A stretch of DNA of 64,000 bases from Macrostomum lignano (lineage: Eukaryota). This document shows, piece by piece, positions 22,658 through 34,525 of the stretch; the first letter of the stretch is position 1; each line of letters begins with the position of its first letter. Position numbers and translations under genes: made by a program. Under the pieces are notes generated by a model, which saw only the letters and a program-made list of their open reading frames with translations, was not told the DNA's origin and ran no database searches. The stretch covers positions 186,001 through 250,000 of the forward strand of contig NIVC01001264.1 in assembly GCA_002269645.1 (NCBI GenBank), in the 5' to 3' direction.

Positions 22658-23085
22658 AGATATGACTAATCAGTTTGAAAATCAACCTATACTAAATGTC
22701 GATTCTAATCATTTACTGAAAATTCCCTACCTTCATTCTATTAAGCAGAAAAACTCAATTTTTAAGCATTAATCAAATTTAACCTATCGAATCGAGAATA
22801 CATTTGAGAGCGTATTCAGGGACTCCGGACGGATTCATGTCGACAAAAACAACGTAAATAAATCGAATACACTACCTAAATGTTGCAAGTACATGTACGG
22901 GCTTGTAATATATGAATCGATTAGACGGACAAACGTAATTAATTTGTTTTCAAAAAATCAACCCCACATGAATGACAATATATTGATTTAAAACTGCTTA
23001 AAATGTAAAACTAGGATTGCAAATTTTACCGCGAATTAATTATCGAGTTAAAGATTGGCTGCTGTCTCCAAGCACCTGTCAACAG

Positions 23086-23504
23086 CTACAGTAGGCTTTC
23101 GCTGCCATAGAGAATATACCTGACCACCTGGCCAAACATGGAATTCAGTCTGCGAACAGACGTCTCGTCAATTTTTGGACGATTACTTCGCCACAGGTGT
23201 AGCAGATAATTGTTGCGCCAATTCCACCTGGGTATTTTTGTTATTGGTGATATCGCCGTACAGCATCCTGAGTTCCCGTTCGGTCCAACCCGGACGCGCA
23301 AAGGACTGGTTCTCCACTCGGCACAGATGCGGATATCGTTGTCAAATCTGCTGAGGCAGCAGCACCGAATGCTGAGCCCACTGCCCGTCATCAAAAGTCT
23401 GGTAGAGCATGTACCACAGCATTAGGAAAATGTCTCTTGGTTTGGTCATGAAGGCACCGATGGTCAGACCGATGGACGACTCGCGGCCGATCACGCAGTC
23501 AAAA
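23086..23504 (-). pseudogene. GT32/DXD glycosyltransferase exon 3, with a premature stop and a frameshift
   Basis: Acceptor TTTGCAG 23506-23505; FDCVIGRE..WAQHSVLLP-TGA(23344-23342)-RYPHLCRVE..RPGW; frameshift ~23240 into NYLLHLW..LNSMFGQVVRYILYGS. Confidence 0.8.
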
Positions 23505-23897
23505 CTGCAAAGTTTTTCCTTCAATTCTAAGGTTTCAACTTTTTTGAGAGTTTGTAGGCATTAATACATCGAATAGTTGTCTACTGCATACTGTAATCTA
23601 TTTTTATACTCAATTATTATTTTGCTTGCAGTTTTTAACTTTTGGAAAGCAGAAAGTAATTCAAGCTCGTTCCCACAGCCATCACATAAGCAATTAAATC
23701 AAACAACTGATCATATTTGAGCTACAAAGCAACTTTATGTACATGTCTACAAAAAATGGCCTCATGGCCGTGTGAACGAGCCTCAATTCGAGTTTTTAGG
23801 TCAGGCTAGGTGCAAGGCCATTTTGGAGAGCCAGGTTAATCGGGGACTTTTCGTACGATTCACGGTCGTGAGTACGAATTGCCCACTTGGCACGGAG

Positions 23898-24802
23898 TAG
23901 GGGTGTTCGGGTTCCATTTACCCCGAACCTGAAACCCGACCCGGACCGAAACCCGACCTGACCCGACCCTGAACTTTACCTAAAAGGAGAACGCTTTATC
24001 TCAGGCTTTCTCTGATGATCATTTTTACAAGAGTAACGACTGAAAGGAGTTACTCGTCCTGAGGCACCTCTAGTCTACTTCTCGTTCTCATTTGCCGTCC
24101 TGACTCCTATTCTCCTGTTTCTAGTCATCAGCTAGCAATCTCAAGTCTTCACTCCTCTCCTCCCTATAATTTGACTCCTCATTCTTAAGACCTTAGTATT
24201 GACTTTGTAACATCCACTGATCCAAATGTTTACCAACTTGGGTTTAAGTTGTCATTGTTAGTACAAAATTTGAGTGTAGCTTAATGAAGAGTTGAAAATA
24301 AAGGGTTGAATACCCTTAAATTTGTGGGTGAATGTAACGATAGGGAATGCCGATTTGTCGAATAATCCTGTCGAATCGTCGATGTGTGAAATCAGAAATG
24401 TTACGGGACGATGTGCCATTGGCATTGGCATCAGCAATTCATGTGTTTAATAAAAATGTATGCAATTAGAAAAATAAAGGGATTTTTTAAATCCACAAGC
24501 ATAGTCCAGCGGCCAGCGAGAATCCATAGATTCATAGATTTCATAAGTAGAACCCTATATTTGTAATTGAAAACTTAAATTCAAGCATTATTTCGGTTTT
24601 CGAAGTTTAAATATTCACCTTTTTATACTTAAAAAGCGTTATATAACGACATTAAAAGAAATTTATTTTTAAAATAGCTATAGTTTATTTTTCCTCCGAA
24701 TCCGAAAACCCCGAAAACCTGACCCTAAACCCGACCAGAAAACCCGAACCCGAACACCTAGCCCCGAACCCGATACCCGACCCCGAACCCCGAACACCCC
24801 TA
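23898..24802. mobile_element. Non-autonomous hAT element (905 bp) in intron 2 of the glycosyltransferase
   Basis: 14-bp TIR TAGGGGTGTTCGGG; 8-bp TSD GCACGGAG (23890-23897, 24803-24810); CCCGA subterminal repeats. Confidence 0.92.
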
Positions 24803-24967
24803 GCACGGAGCACATGCTGGTAATTTGTACTCCGTATGTGCCCCGTAGTCAGAAGCATTTATACTACTGTCCAATACTACTGTCCACTTTAACTTTTGGC
24901 TCCACTCATTGGCCCCTCCGACTAGCTGCAGACTGTTGCCGCTCATTTTGAGTTCAAATTTACTCAC

Positions 24968-25469
24968 CGTCTCAGTGGTTGCAGAGAGCGTAAAGTTAAT
25001 ACGTCAGTGTCCAAAATAATACCACCGATGGTGATGCCAGTTTCCAGCTTCATCACGTCCACCTGATGCTCGATGACTCTCACGTTTCGATTGAACACTC
25101 GTTTGGGCAGCGGTCTCGTTGCTAGCAGCAGCTGGTTCTGCTTGCCGTGCGCAGTCAGATTACTTTTTAACTGGTGCCAGTAGTGCCCATCGGGCATAGC
25201 GCTGCACCACAGGATGACGAAGTCAGTTCCGGATAACCAGGCTGCGCTGAGGAGAGCCACGTAGTGGTGAAACTCTAATTCGACGTAGCGCTGCCTCGGA
25301 TAGAACAAGAAAAAGTGTACAGCATTTGGAATTGGTTGCAGTTTGCTGCTACTCGCCCGAATTGCTGAGACGATCCGGTAAGCGCTGAGTTCACGATCGT
25401 CCATGGTTCGAAACTGGTGACCGGCTAGGCTCAGCCTGTCCGGATAGTACTCCGACAGCAGAGGAGCCA
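24968..25469 (-). CDS. GT32/DXD glycosyltransferase exon 2
   Basis: IPNAVHF, HQVDVMKLE and GGIILDTDV (DXD) motifs; acceptor AG 25471-25470; donor GTGAGT at 24967. Confidence 0.88.
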
Positions 25470-25928
25470 CTTCAATCGAAAGAATAGGAAAATAGAAAAT
25501 ATTTGAGCATTTAGCTGTTAGCTATTAACACATTTACTTACACGTGTTTATGAATTTAGTAGCTTTTTCCCTCATTTGAAAGAAATTTCCGCCCAGTTTT
25601 AGAATCGCTGTCTACAAGTTATTCCAGCGACTAGAGACAGATCCGCGTCCCTGTGGTCCAAGGCCCCAAACCGCTAGATTTGCGTTCAGTTAAAGAATTA
25701 AGATCGCTTTTTGAGGCATAACATATAGTATGGGTTTCTGCTCACTAAGCGTGTTGATTACAGTGCTTTGCCATAAAAATCTGGTGCAGTAGAGCTTGGC
25801 AATGCTGCAGTGAAATTGCATGCTGCTCTGCAAGCCCGCTCTGACCTCATCGCCCTGAAGGTGCTGGCACCAACACCAATTGGATAATTTATAAATAGTT
25901 GCGGGATATCTAAATTAGAGTTACTTGC

Positions 25929-26217
25929 CTGTGTACATCGGTTTTACCGCCTTTGCGAGCTCCAAGAAGACGCCCGTTTCGAAGAGGTGACGCAAAATTT
26001 CTCTCGACTGAGAGGCATTGCGATGCAATGCCCAGTTTAACAAAGTCCTTTCAGCTGTGCTGCTATTGATGCTTGAAATGGTCGAGTCTGCATACCAATA
26101 CAGCAGTTTTAGCTTCTTGTGGTGCATCCTTGTGATCAACACAGTCGCTGTGATGCATATTATCAACGCAGCTGTCGCTAGCTTCAGTCCTGATAGGAAA
26201 CGAAATTCTTTCGGCAT
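25929..26217 (-). CDS. GT32/DXD glycosyltransferase exon 1 (type II membrane anchor)
   Basis: MPKEFRF..LATAALIICITATVLIT transmembrane segment; donor CAG|GCAAGT (GC at 25928-25927) is the only donor here in phase with exon 2. Confidence 0.7.
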
Positions 26218-26730
26218 ATCGAAAGTTCAACACTTATCCTAAACTGTTAAACAAAACAGAAAGATAATTTATGATAGCTTTTATCAGAACAGCAAGAAAT
26301 TTATAGAAATTTATAGATACTCGTAAGGAGGACGAATGCAAACTTTATCACTTTGGGGGGGGGGGTTTAGAGGTATACCAATCAAGCCAGATTGTTGCAC
26401 GGAATAAGTCTATGGCCGAAACAAACGATATTCAAAAGCAATAAACACAACATTAGAAGCAAAAGCAGTTAAGGCAGTATGCGTCAGTTTACTTATTCAT
26501 TGGGCCGTATATATAAAGCTTAGTCCAGGGGTGCGTTTCATATGATGAGAATAGCTACAAGGTACAAGTTACAAGCAATAGTGTTTCACAAGTCTGCTTG
26601 TAGATTTTAGCCAAAAATGTACTAGTATAACAGGCTTGTATCTATTTACTTTATGGTCTATGGTACAAGTGTCTTGGATCAGTAATTTGGCGGACCTTCG
26701 TTGTCGTCTGAGTATGCAGATGCCTTCAGT

Positions 26731-26976
26731 TAACTCATGTACACTCGTTATGATGCTTTATCGTCTATGGTACAAGTGTCTACGTCCCTGAGGAGGCGGA
26801 GAAAGCATCTCGAAGCAAAATAATAGTCGATACGTCTTTCTATCAAGGACGTATCGTAACTCATGTACACTCGTTATGATGCTTTATCGTCTATGGTACA
26901 AGTGTCTACGTCCCTGAGGAGGCGGAGAAAGCATCTCGAAGCAAAAAAATAGTCGATACGTCTTTCTATCAAGGAC
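26731..26976. repeat. Tandem duplication, 126-bp period, 2 copies
   Basis: TAACTCATGTACACTCG starts at 26731 and 26857. Confidence 0.9.
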
Positions 26977-28219
26977 TTTCTATCAAGCTTTTTATAAGCT
27001 TTCAAAGCAAATTTACAAGCTTGAGCAAAAGAAGACGAATCTTCAACTTGTAGCCACTTACACGTGGTGGGACTCGTATATAGCTCAGTCTATACCCTTG
27101 TAGGGATTCATGCAAAAATAATGCATTTTAAATGCGCATTATAATGCCATTAAATCTGATGTAATGTAATCACAATTTATTATAACGCCTAATTAATGCG
27201 TAAATAATGCAAATAATATTTGTTTTAAACTATACTTTTGATTTTATATAGAACTATTATTAGCAATTTGCCATATAGATCACAGAATATACGCAGAATG
27301 GCGAATCAGCAGTTCTCTATGAAAGCAAAAATAAATGCGCTTGCACTACTAACATTGTAAAGCTGATAAGTAGCTGCGATTTTTTGACGCAAAGTTGAAT
27401 GTAAAATTCGAGCTCAAGACAGCCTTTGAAAGCTTTTGAGTCGTCGTTTTGACGCTGCAGATGAATGCTGCGCTATCCTTGTAATTAATTTGTTCAAAAC
27501 GGTGCGTGCGCAAAGTCATGAGCAGTAGTAACAACTGTTATAACCTCATTGCCATGTATATGTGATTTAAGCTAAAAAACAAAAGTAACAAACATATAGC
27601 ATAGTGATGAGGACGCACTATTTTCCAAATCCCGCGCTAGCACATGGGCTATAAACTTACTAGCCTACTAACAGTGGGCAATGGGCATTTTTGTCCTTTT
27701 TCTGCGAATTGTAATAGAATCTATACTAGATATAATGTTTGGTCATACTAGTAGTCATAATAACGTAGGCGCAGCTTTTTGGGTCATAAATCATCGCTTT
27801 CGAAACTGGTCTGACAGCCACCTGCGCCTCACTCAGTGTTGAGGCGGGCGCCAGATGGTCTGAGGGGATGCGAATAATAGCTTTTTTCTTATCATTTTGA
27901 CAGGCCATTAAGATTTATGAGGTCAGGGCCCATTGTTCGTGTTCACTCAAGCGTGTGACAGCTTTGACAGCTATGCGTTTTACCCCTAAAAGTACTTTGG
28001 GATTAGCAATTAGCGATTTCTCTTCATTATTTTCACTTTTTATTTAATAAGACCTTCCTAATATATAATTTTTCACTAATTTTTGTCAATTCTACGCGAA
28101 AAGTCATAAATCATTTGTTGCGATTTTGAGTGATTTATGGCCGCACCTGTCATCTTTTTACGACCCCGAGGGAACTGATAGGATCTCCCGGTCACGTGAT
28201 TCTGGGTAGCAACAAGCTT

Positions 28220-28325
28220 AGCCAATCGGAAAATTCGACGCTCATTTTAACAAATCGGCTCAGCCAATCAGAATCGACGTGTCCCATTATAACAAACTGC
28301 GGTCCAGTTGGCGGCTATTTAAACC
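28220..28325 (+). promoter_or_regulatory. Pol II promoter-like module: two CCAAT boxes plus a TATA-like box
   Basis: AGCCAATC at ~28220 and ~28262 (42-bp spacing); TATTTAAA at 28316-28323. Confidence 0.5.
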
Positions 28326-28347
28326 GGTGTTTTTGGCCCGCTCGGAC

Positions 28348-28692
28348 GGCAATAACTCATAGCAGTGTGCCCGGGCAATAACTCATAGCAGTGTGTCCCG
28401 GACAATGACCCATAGCAGTGTGCCCGGGCAATAACTCATAGCAGTGTGTCCCGGGCAATGACTCATAGCAGTGTGCCCAGGCAATGACTCATAGCAGTGT
28501 GCCCGGGCAATGACTCATAGCAGTGTGCCCGGGCAATAACTCATAGCAGTGTGCCCGGGCAATAACTCATAGCAGTGTGTCCCGGGCAATGACTCATAGC
28601 AGTGTGCCCGGGCAATGACTCATAGCAGTCTGCCCGGGCAATGACCCATAGCAGTTTGTCCCGGACAATGACCCATAGCAGTGTGCTGCCCG
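28348..28692. repeat. 26-27-bp tandem repeat (GGCAATGACTCATAGCAGTGTGCCCG), ~13 copies
   Basis: 26-bp period between 28351 and 28377, continuing downstream. Confidence 0.95.
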
Positions 28693-29019
28693 GGCGGATG
28701 TCGCCGCAAAAAGGGCGGTCACCCAGGCGTAACATCCAGATCCCAATTGCTTTTAGTTGGTGGCAGACGTAATGTTCTTCTTTTTATGCATTAGCCTTTA
28801 TTTATAGCTCTATTGATATTCATTGAGCTGTTCTTTCAGAAAATAGATTTCTATGTTAACTTAATAATCAGCACGTGCGTACTTGTATAAAAGCCGAATT
28901 GGAAAGCTGGGTTTTTCATTTCTATGATTGAAAACTTTATAAGTGAAAGTCAAAGAACGCTTTGCACCATTCAATGCAAAACATTCAGAACTTTATGATA
29001 CCCAATTTTGAGTAGTATT

Positions 29020-29620
29020 ATTCACGAAACTGTCCTTTCTTTAGTTCAGAAAAAGATTTACAGCCTTTTGTGGCGGGCAACTGGAAAGCCAGTAGATCGA
29101 GGAAGCCCCCAGTTAATGACATCGCTTTCGAGCAATGATCCTCCACAGCAATGCATAGCCCTCTCTCGTCGAGTCTGAGCAGGTGTCGCGTCATGGGGGT
29201 AGGTCGCTCCTCAGGAATGGTTTTGCTCAAGTAGGATGGCGCGTTTGTATGCTCAAATAGGAACTCAAGTAGTTTGGAAAAATGCTGGGTACGGCATCAG
29301 AAGTTTTTCTGCCGCTTTTATTGTCCATCTGCATTTGCAAACGCGGAGCATTACGACTCGATTTAGGAGTCCCGAGAGACGATCGAGAGTTGGTTACAAA
29401 TGCCCTTCTGAAAATTGCAGTAAGCAGAGCCGGTAGTTGTACTTTGGATCGCTGCGCAACTTTCGGGGAATCGCAGAGATCCACTTTTCCAGAAGCTCCA
29501 GCTGCGCAGGTGGGGAAAATTTTTGCATGGAGACTGCTGGATGCTTCTCATATCGATCGAGACAGATAGGCGACACAAAGTCGGGCACAGCGATTGAATA
29601 CAATGATTTGCTTGCAAAGA
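29020..29620 (-). pseudogene. Degenerate THAP-domain ORF (P-element/THAP-type relic)
   Basis: ELLEKWISAIPRK..YRLCLLQFSEGH, then after a frameshift SDAVPSIFPN (THAP AVPTIF box); zinc ligands eroded. Confidence 0.7.
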
Positions 29621-29949
29621 TTTAAAGCAGATTTTAGCAAGTATCCTGTATTACTGAAAAGGTATCATTTTCCCAGTTAGCAAGCTATGAAGTAAGCGGA
29701 ACTTCATCTTGTCTCCCCACACTATCATATATGCATAAATTGGCAAGGAAAAGCAAGTGGGGATTAATAAATACGTACATTTGTGCAAAGTTTGGCCCTC
29801 TGATCATTGCACTCAGTCCAATGACAATGAAATTTTAAAGCTTCCCATGCATTGCGCTTGAAAACAACGTCCCTAAACTCATATAACGGAGTGGGCGTGG
29901 GGCAGGTGGGGACTGCATGCAGCGAACATATGGAGGCTTCCTTGGGTGA

Positions 29950-30609
29950 TGAGCAAATCGACAAGGCCAGCTTTATTCAGACCCAACAATCGGCAAACGT
30001 GCTGCCGATGCGGCGAATTCGGACACCGAAGATGCGATGCGGCTGTAGGGAAAATCTGCAGCTTCTACAACAAACCAAGACACCTTGCCAAGGCCGGCAT
30101 CTCCAAGAAAAACTCAAGAGACCGCATGCACACATCCTCGATGATCAAAGGCGGCGTAGGACCCGGCGCGGAGAGCTTCAGCAGTCTACTACCGAGCGAC
30201 GATGAGGTGTTCTGTCTGACTACAGACGAACTGCTGCTACTGACAGTATCAGTCAACGGCAAGCGACTGGAAGCTGTTGCCATGAGTGGCTCGACGCCAG
30301 CTCACGGTCGACATGCAGTGGCTCCAGCTGCAATGTCATCGAGTGTCCGGAGTGTCCGGAGTTACTCCACGAATCTCCCAACTGACTAACTTGGTCACGC
30401 ATTCAGCCAACAGACTTTCAACAACCAAACTGTCGCTAATCCACGCTACGAAGGCAGCATAGTCGGGCCCGTTAACGGTCGGCATTTCCTCGTGATCGCG
30501 TGGATCAGAACTCGCGCTACCCCATCGTCATAGCAATGAAGTCGATTACAGCTAAAGGCACAATCAAGCAGCTGAAACAGATCTTCGCTATGTTCGATAT
30601 TCCGAAGCA
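29950..30609 (+). pseudogene. Old Gypsy relic: gag zinc knuckles, protease start and integrase core
   Basis: CCRCGEFGH and CSFYNKPRH knuckles; LTVSVNGK; VDQNSRYP..LKQIFAMFDIPKQ, which resumes as PKQIMS after the insertion at 34422. Confidence 0.75.
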
Positions 30610-30717
30610 GGGTCTGTATAAAAGCTAGAGTATTGGACACTGGACACATTGGACACCCCTTATTTTAACAAAAGTCAAAATTTAAATGTTTTTTCTTTGC
30701 GGTAATTTTCATCTCAC

Positions 30718-33700
30718 TTACTAGACAAAGCCAAGACAAGAAAACTGCAAAAATGGTAGACTACTTAACCAGATTACTGACTCATACAACCTGCATCTAA
30801 TCAATGGTAGATCACTATCAGACACAAATGGTGAATTCACCTTTCTCTCAAAATCTGGTTCTTCTGTTATAGATCTCTGTTTCGTCTCTACCAGCTTACT
30901 CCAACACCTTAAAGACTTTAAAGTAAAGAACCACACCTACTTTAGCGACCACAACCAAATAGTGCTCTCCCGGCCTATCAAGTGAATTCACAGAGGAAAT
31001 CACAGAAACTAAACAAGCAACCAATAACTCGAAAACGAGATACAGAGTCCTAAAAAAGTCACATAAACCCAACCTGCAACAAGAAAAACATATCAATAAC
31101 TTCGCAAATGACCTGAAAAACATGCATGACAAAATCACAAATCTAGACATACAAAATCCAGCTTTTATAAATGAATTAAGTAGAAAAGTTAGACAAATTC
31201 AAAACAACATCACAGTAGAGATAAAGAACCCACTATGCTCAACACTGCCTCGCTTCCTTAAAGATTTAAGAAACGCTGCTAGACATGCCTGCAGAAGATA
31301 TAAAACCTTCCCTACTCCCAACAACCTCTCAAGCAAAGTACAACTCAAAAAAGCATACGAAAAAAAGCTCACTTCATGGAAATTTGAAACAACTCTCTGT
31401 GCAGACAACATGATCAACCAGGCCTTTATTCAAAACGATACAAAACAACTTTGGAACCTATTAAAAACACCAAATCACTCAAACAACAGAGTAACAATTG
31501 ATGAAAAATTTGTCATACACTTTCAAAATCTTGTAACTGAACAAGACAGCAGCATTAGACTATCATACGATCTTCACCTTGACAACCCTATTCTGGCTGA
31601 TTTAGAGGCTTTCAATGCCCCATTCACCAAAGAAGAAGTTATAAAACATATTAAAAAGCTCAAAACCGACAAAGCACCTGGGCACGATAAAGTATATGTA
31701 GAAACACTCAAATACCTCGAAAACGAACTTACTGACTTCCTATGCTCACTTTTCAACGAAGCACTCAAACAAGGAACCTTCCCAACTAGTTGGATTACAA
31801 ATACACTTCATCCGATTTATAAAAACAAAGGCAGCAGTGCCGACCCCAACAATTACAGAGGAATCTGCATTCAACCTCTTTTGCCAAATTTTAAATCCAG
31901 ACTCGAAAACCTAGCATACGCAAACAATCTTATATCAAAATACCAATACGGTTTCAAGCCCAATCACAGCACAATCGACCAATGTTTTAATCTTTACAAC
32001 ATTATAAACCAATCCATCTACAACAAAGAAGAACTCTTTATTGGATTTGTTGACTATGAAAAAGCCTTCGATAGCTTAAATCAACCGACCCTTTGGCACA
32101 AAACGGATAACCAGGGTATTAAAGGTCAAATGACGGAACTTATCAAGAACATGCATAAAAATGCCTGCTTCATTCTAAAAAAAGATAATGATGATGATGA
32201 AACCCAGCCAATCCCAATATTTAAAGGTGTTCTTCAAGGCAACCCTCTCTCTACCATCCTTTTTGACCTATATATTGACGACATTGTTGAATATCTTGAA
32301 CTCTCTAGCGCTAGGCGCTCTCTTACGAGATCTGCTTTCCCACTCATCCTGCTCTTTGCGGACGATCAAGCCATTCTAGCTAAAAACAAAGACGAACTTC
32401 AAGACACATTTACGACTATGGAAAATTACTGCAAGCAAAATTACTTGAAAGTAAACGCAAGCAAAACAAAGTTTATGCAGGGCAATACCAGACAAAAAAA
32501 CGATACAGAAAGCATTGCTACAAAAATATACTACGACAACCAAGAAATAGAGGAAGTAAATGAATTTAAATACCTGGGAATTATTTTTGAACCAAAAAAC
32601 AGCTTTAAAAAATGTATTGAATACCAAACTAAGCAGGGATATACAGCCATGTTTTCCCTACTCCATAGGGTAACGAATACGTCCCTAGACATCACACTCA
32701 TTCGCAGACTATTCGACGCGCTTGTTACCCCCGTTATCACTTACGGCTGTGAGCTCTGGGGCCCTCTGGCTACCATGTCTGACACAAAAGCTATTGATAA
32801 TATTCAGCTGAAATTCTACAAATATCTCCTCAATCTACCAAAATTTGCTAGCAACAGTGTGATATCATCAGAACTTGAGCTTACTCCAATCTCCCAACGA
32901 ATTGCTAAAACCTATCTTACCTACTGGCTGAAGATTAGACATCAAAAACTTTGCCAAACGACACTAGAAATTTTCTACTCAAACACCAGCCAAAAAAATC
33001 CATGGAAAACAAATATACTAAAGAAACTGGAAAGTATAGACTTAAAAGCACTAACTGAAGATAAACTTTCCCAAAGCTTTAATAACGAGAAATACCTAGT
33101 GAAAAAGCACCTCAAGATACACAGAGAAAGAGAACTTAGCCAAAAGCTAGAGAATCAGCAACATATTAAACTCTACAAAAACGCCTATCTCTACAAAAAA
33201 ATCTGCAGGCCCGACCTTTCAGATTACTTTCCATGCACTTTTAGAAACAAAAAATTCCTAACAACCCTCCTAAAACTGAAATGCGAAATTACACCCAACA
33301 TTTTCTCTCATGAAGCATGTAGACTGAGTGGAGCGAGAAATGGTTCCGATATCCTACACTACTTGACCGAATGTCCACAAACCGCAAAGATCAGAAAAAA
33401 ATACTTCTGTCAGTACCTCTTAAATGACAAGCAAGTACACAAGTTAGGATATGCTACAAATGAAAAAAGAGTCAGAAAAGAGCTCACTGGTGTAGCTAAA
33501 ATATATGAAGTCATGAATAGCTAAAACAGTTATGCAAACTGAAACAGACATATCAGCAGTGTAATAAATCCGCTTTTCATTTGTTTTATTCATTTACTGC
33601 CTTTTTAATTTCCTATTTAATTAGCATTTAATTAGTATTTAATTAGTTTGCTATTTAATACCTATTTAAATCGTCGTTATTCGCTAAACGTAAAGTTCTT

Positions 33701-34264
33701 TCGAAGTTCGTTTTTGTTCATTTTTCGTTCGTTTTTCACGCTTTGAAATATTGCGCGCTTGCAAAATACTACATGATCTTTTTACAAAAAACGCTCTTTC
33801 AAATACCTTAATAATTTTACAAATATCGTAACTCGTGTAAAAATTTAACCTTTTGAACAAATTTAACCTTTTGAACTTAATCGTAATTAAACAACTAATG
33901 CTAAAATATCTTAAATACACAGAAATATACTGGCCAAACAGGCTTCTTGCCTGAGCCAACTTACTACTACTTACAAAAAAAACTCTAGACGCTCTTTCAA
34001 ATACCTTACTTTTACAAATATCGTAACTCGCATCGTAACTCGTGTAAAAATTTAACCTTTTGAACAAATACTAAATACATCGGATGATACTGGCAAAACA
34101 GGCTCAATAAGCCTGAGCCAAATTTACTACTACTGCTACTAAAATTTTGCCGTAATAAAAATATTTAACCTTGTGAACAAATACTAAATACCTAAGGTAC
34201 ATCGTATAATACTGACAAAACAGGCTCCTTGCCTGAGCCAAATTTACTACTACTACTACTTACT
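30718..34264 (+). mobile_element. 5'-truncated LINE (CR1/L2-group-like) with a triplicated 3' end and (CTA)n tail
   Basis: APE C-terminus (NGRLL, GEFTF, SVIDL, SDH) at ~30750-30985; RT ORF; three CAGGC-loop-GCCTG-AGCCAA-(CTA)n modules. Confidence 0.85.
31122..33524 (+). CDS. LINE ORF2 reverse transcriptase region (800 aa open; frameshifted from the APE part)
   Basis: KAPGHD, NYRGI, QYGFKPNHST, FVDYEKAFDS, GVLQGNPLS, LFADD, FKYLG and C-terminal HYLTEC motifs. Confidence 0.93.
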   Translation: MHDKITNLDIQNPAFINELSRKVRQIQNNITVEIKNPLCSTLPRFLKDLRNAARHACRRYKTFPTPNNLSSKVQLKKAYEKKLTSWKFETTLCADNMINQAFIQNDTKQLWNLLKTPNHSNNRVTIDEKFVIHFQNLVTEQDSSIRLSYDLHLDNPILADLEAFNAPFTKEEVIKHIKKLKTDKAPGHDKVYVETLKYLENELTDFLCSLFNEALKQGTFPTSWITNTLHPIYKNKGSSADPNNYRGICIQPLLPNFKSRLENLAYANNLISKYQYGFKPNHSTIDQCFNLYNIINQSIYNKEELFIGFVDYEKAFDSLNQPTLWHKTDNQGIKGQMTELIKNMHKNACFILKKDNDDDETQPIPIFKGVLQGNPLSTILFDLYIDDIVEYLELSSARRSLTRSAFPLILLFADDQAILAKNKDELQDTFTTMENYCKQNYLKVNASKTKFMQGNTRQKNDTESIATKIYYDNQEIEEVNEFKYLGIIFEPKNSFKKCIEYQTKQGYTAMFSLLHRVTNTSLDITLIRRLFDALVTPVITYGCELWGPLATMSDTKAIDNIQLKFYKYLLNLPKFASNSVISSELELTPISQRIAKTYLTYWLKIRHQKLCQTTLEIFYSNTSQKNPWKTNILKKLESIDLKALTEDKLSQSFNNEKYLVKKHLKIHRERELSQKLENQQHIKLYKNAYLYKKICRPDLSDYFPCTFRNKKFLTTLLKLKCEITPNIFSHEACRLSGARNGSDILHYLTECPQTAKIRKKYFCQYLLNDKQVHKLGYATNEKRVRKELTGVAKIYEVMNS

Positions 34265-34525
34265 AATTTTATACTTTGTCTTTATAAAAGAGTCAATTTT
34301 TTATTACAATTTTACATACGCTTTTGGCAGTCCTTGAATTGATAGTTATCCACAAGTCATTAAAATAAGGAGTGTCCAATGTGTCCAGTGTGTCCAGCTT
34401 TTAATACAGCTAGACCGACCCTTCCGAAGCAAATCATGAGTTGGCCATTCTCTTTGGAAGCATGGTCACTAGCGCATCAAGCTATCCAAAGGTCCAAAGC
34501 ATTATTGAGGACATGAAGTGGCTCC

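Larger units (their letters stand above)
30610..34421. mobile_element. Non-autonomous DNA transposon (MULE-like) inserted in the relic integrase and itself carrying a LINE
   Basis: GGGTC...GACCC termini; imperfect ~60-bp TIRs with TGGACAC repeats; direct repeat TTCCGAAGCA (30600-30609, 34422-34431). Confidence 0.8.

Noticed and set aside
26775-26975. Tandem hammerhead ribozyme (CTGAGGA...GAA) of Penelope type
   Set aside because: Stem II pairs poorly, GAAA is GAAG, and no NUH cleavage triplet sits next to the possible stem I (TACGTCC/GGACGTA); an Infernal search would be needed to revive it
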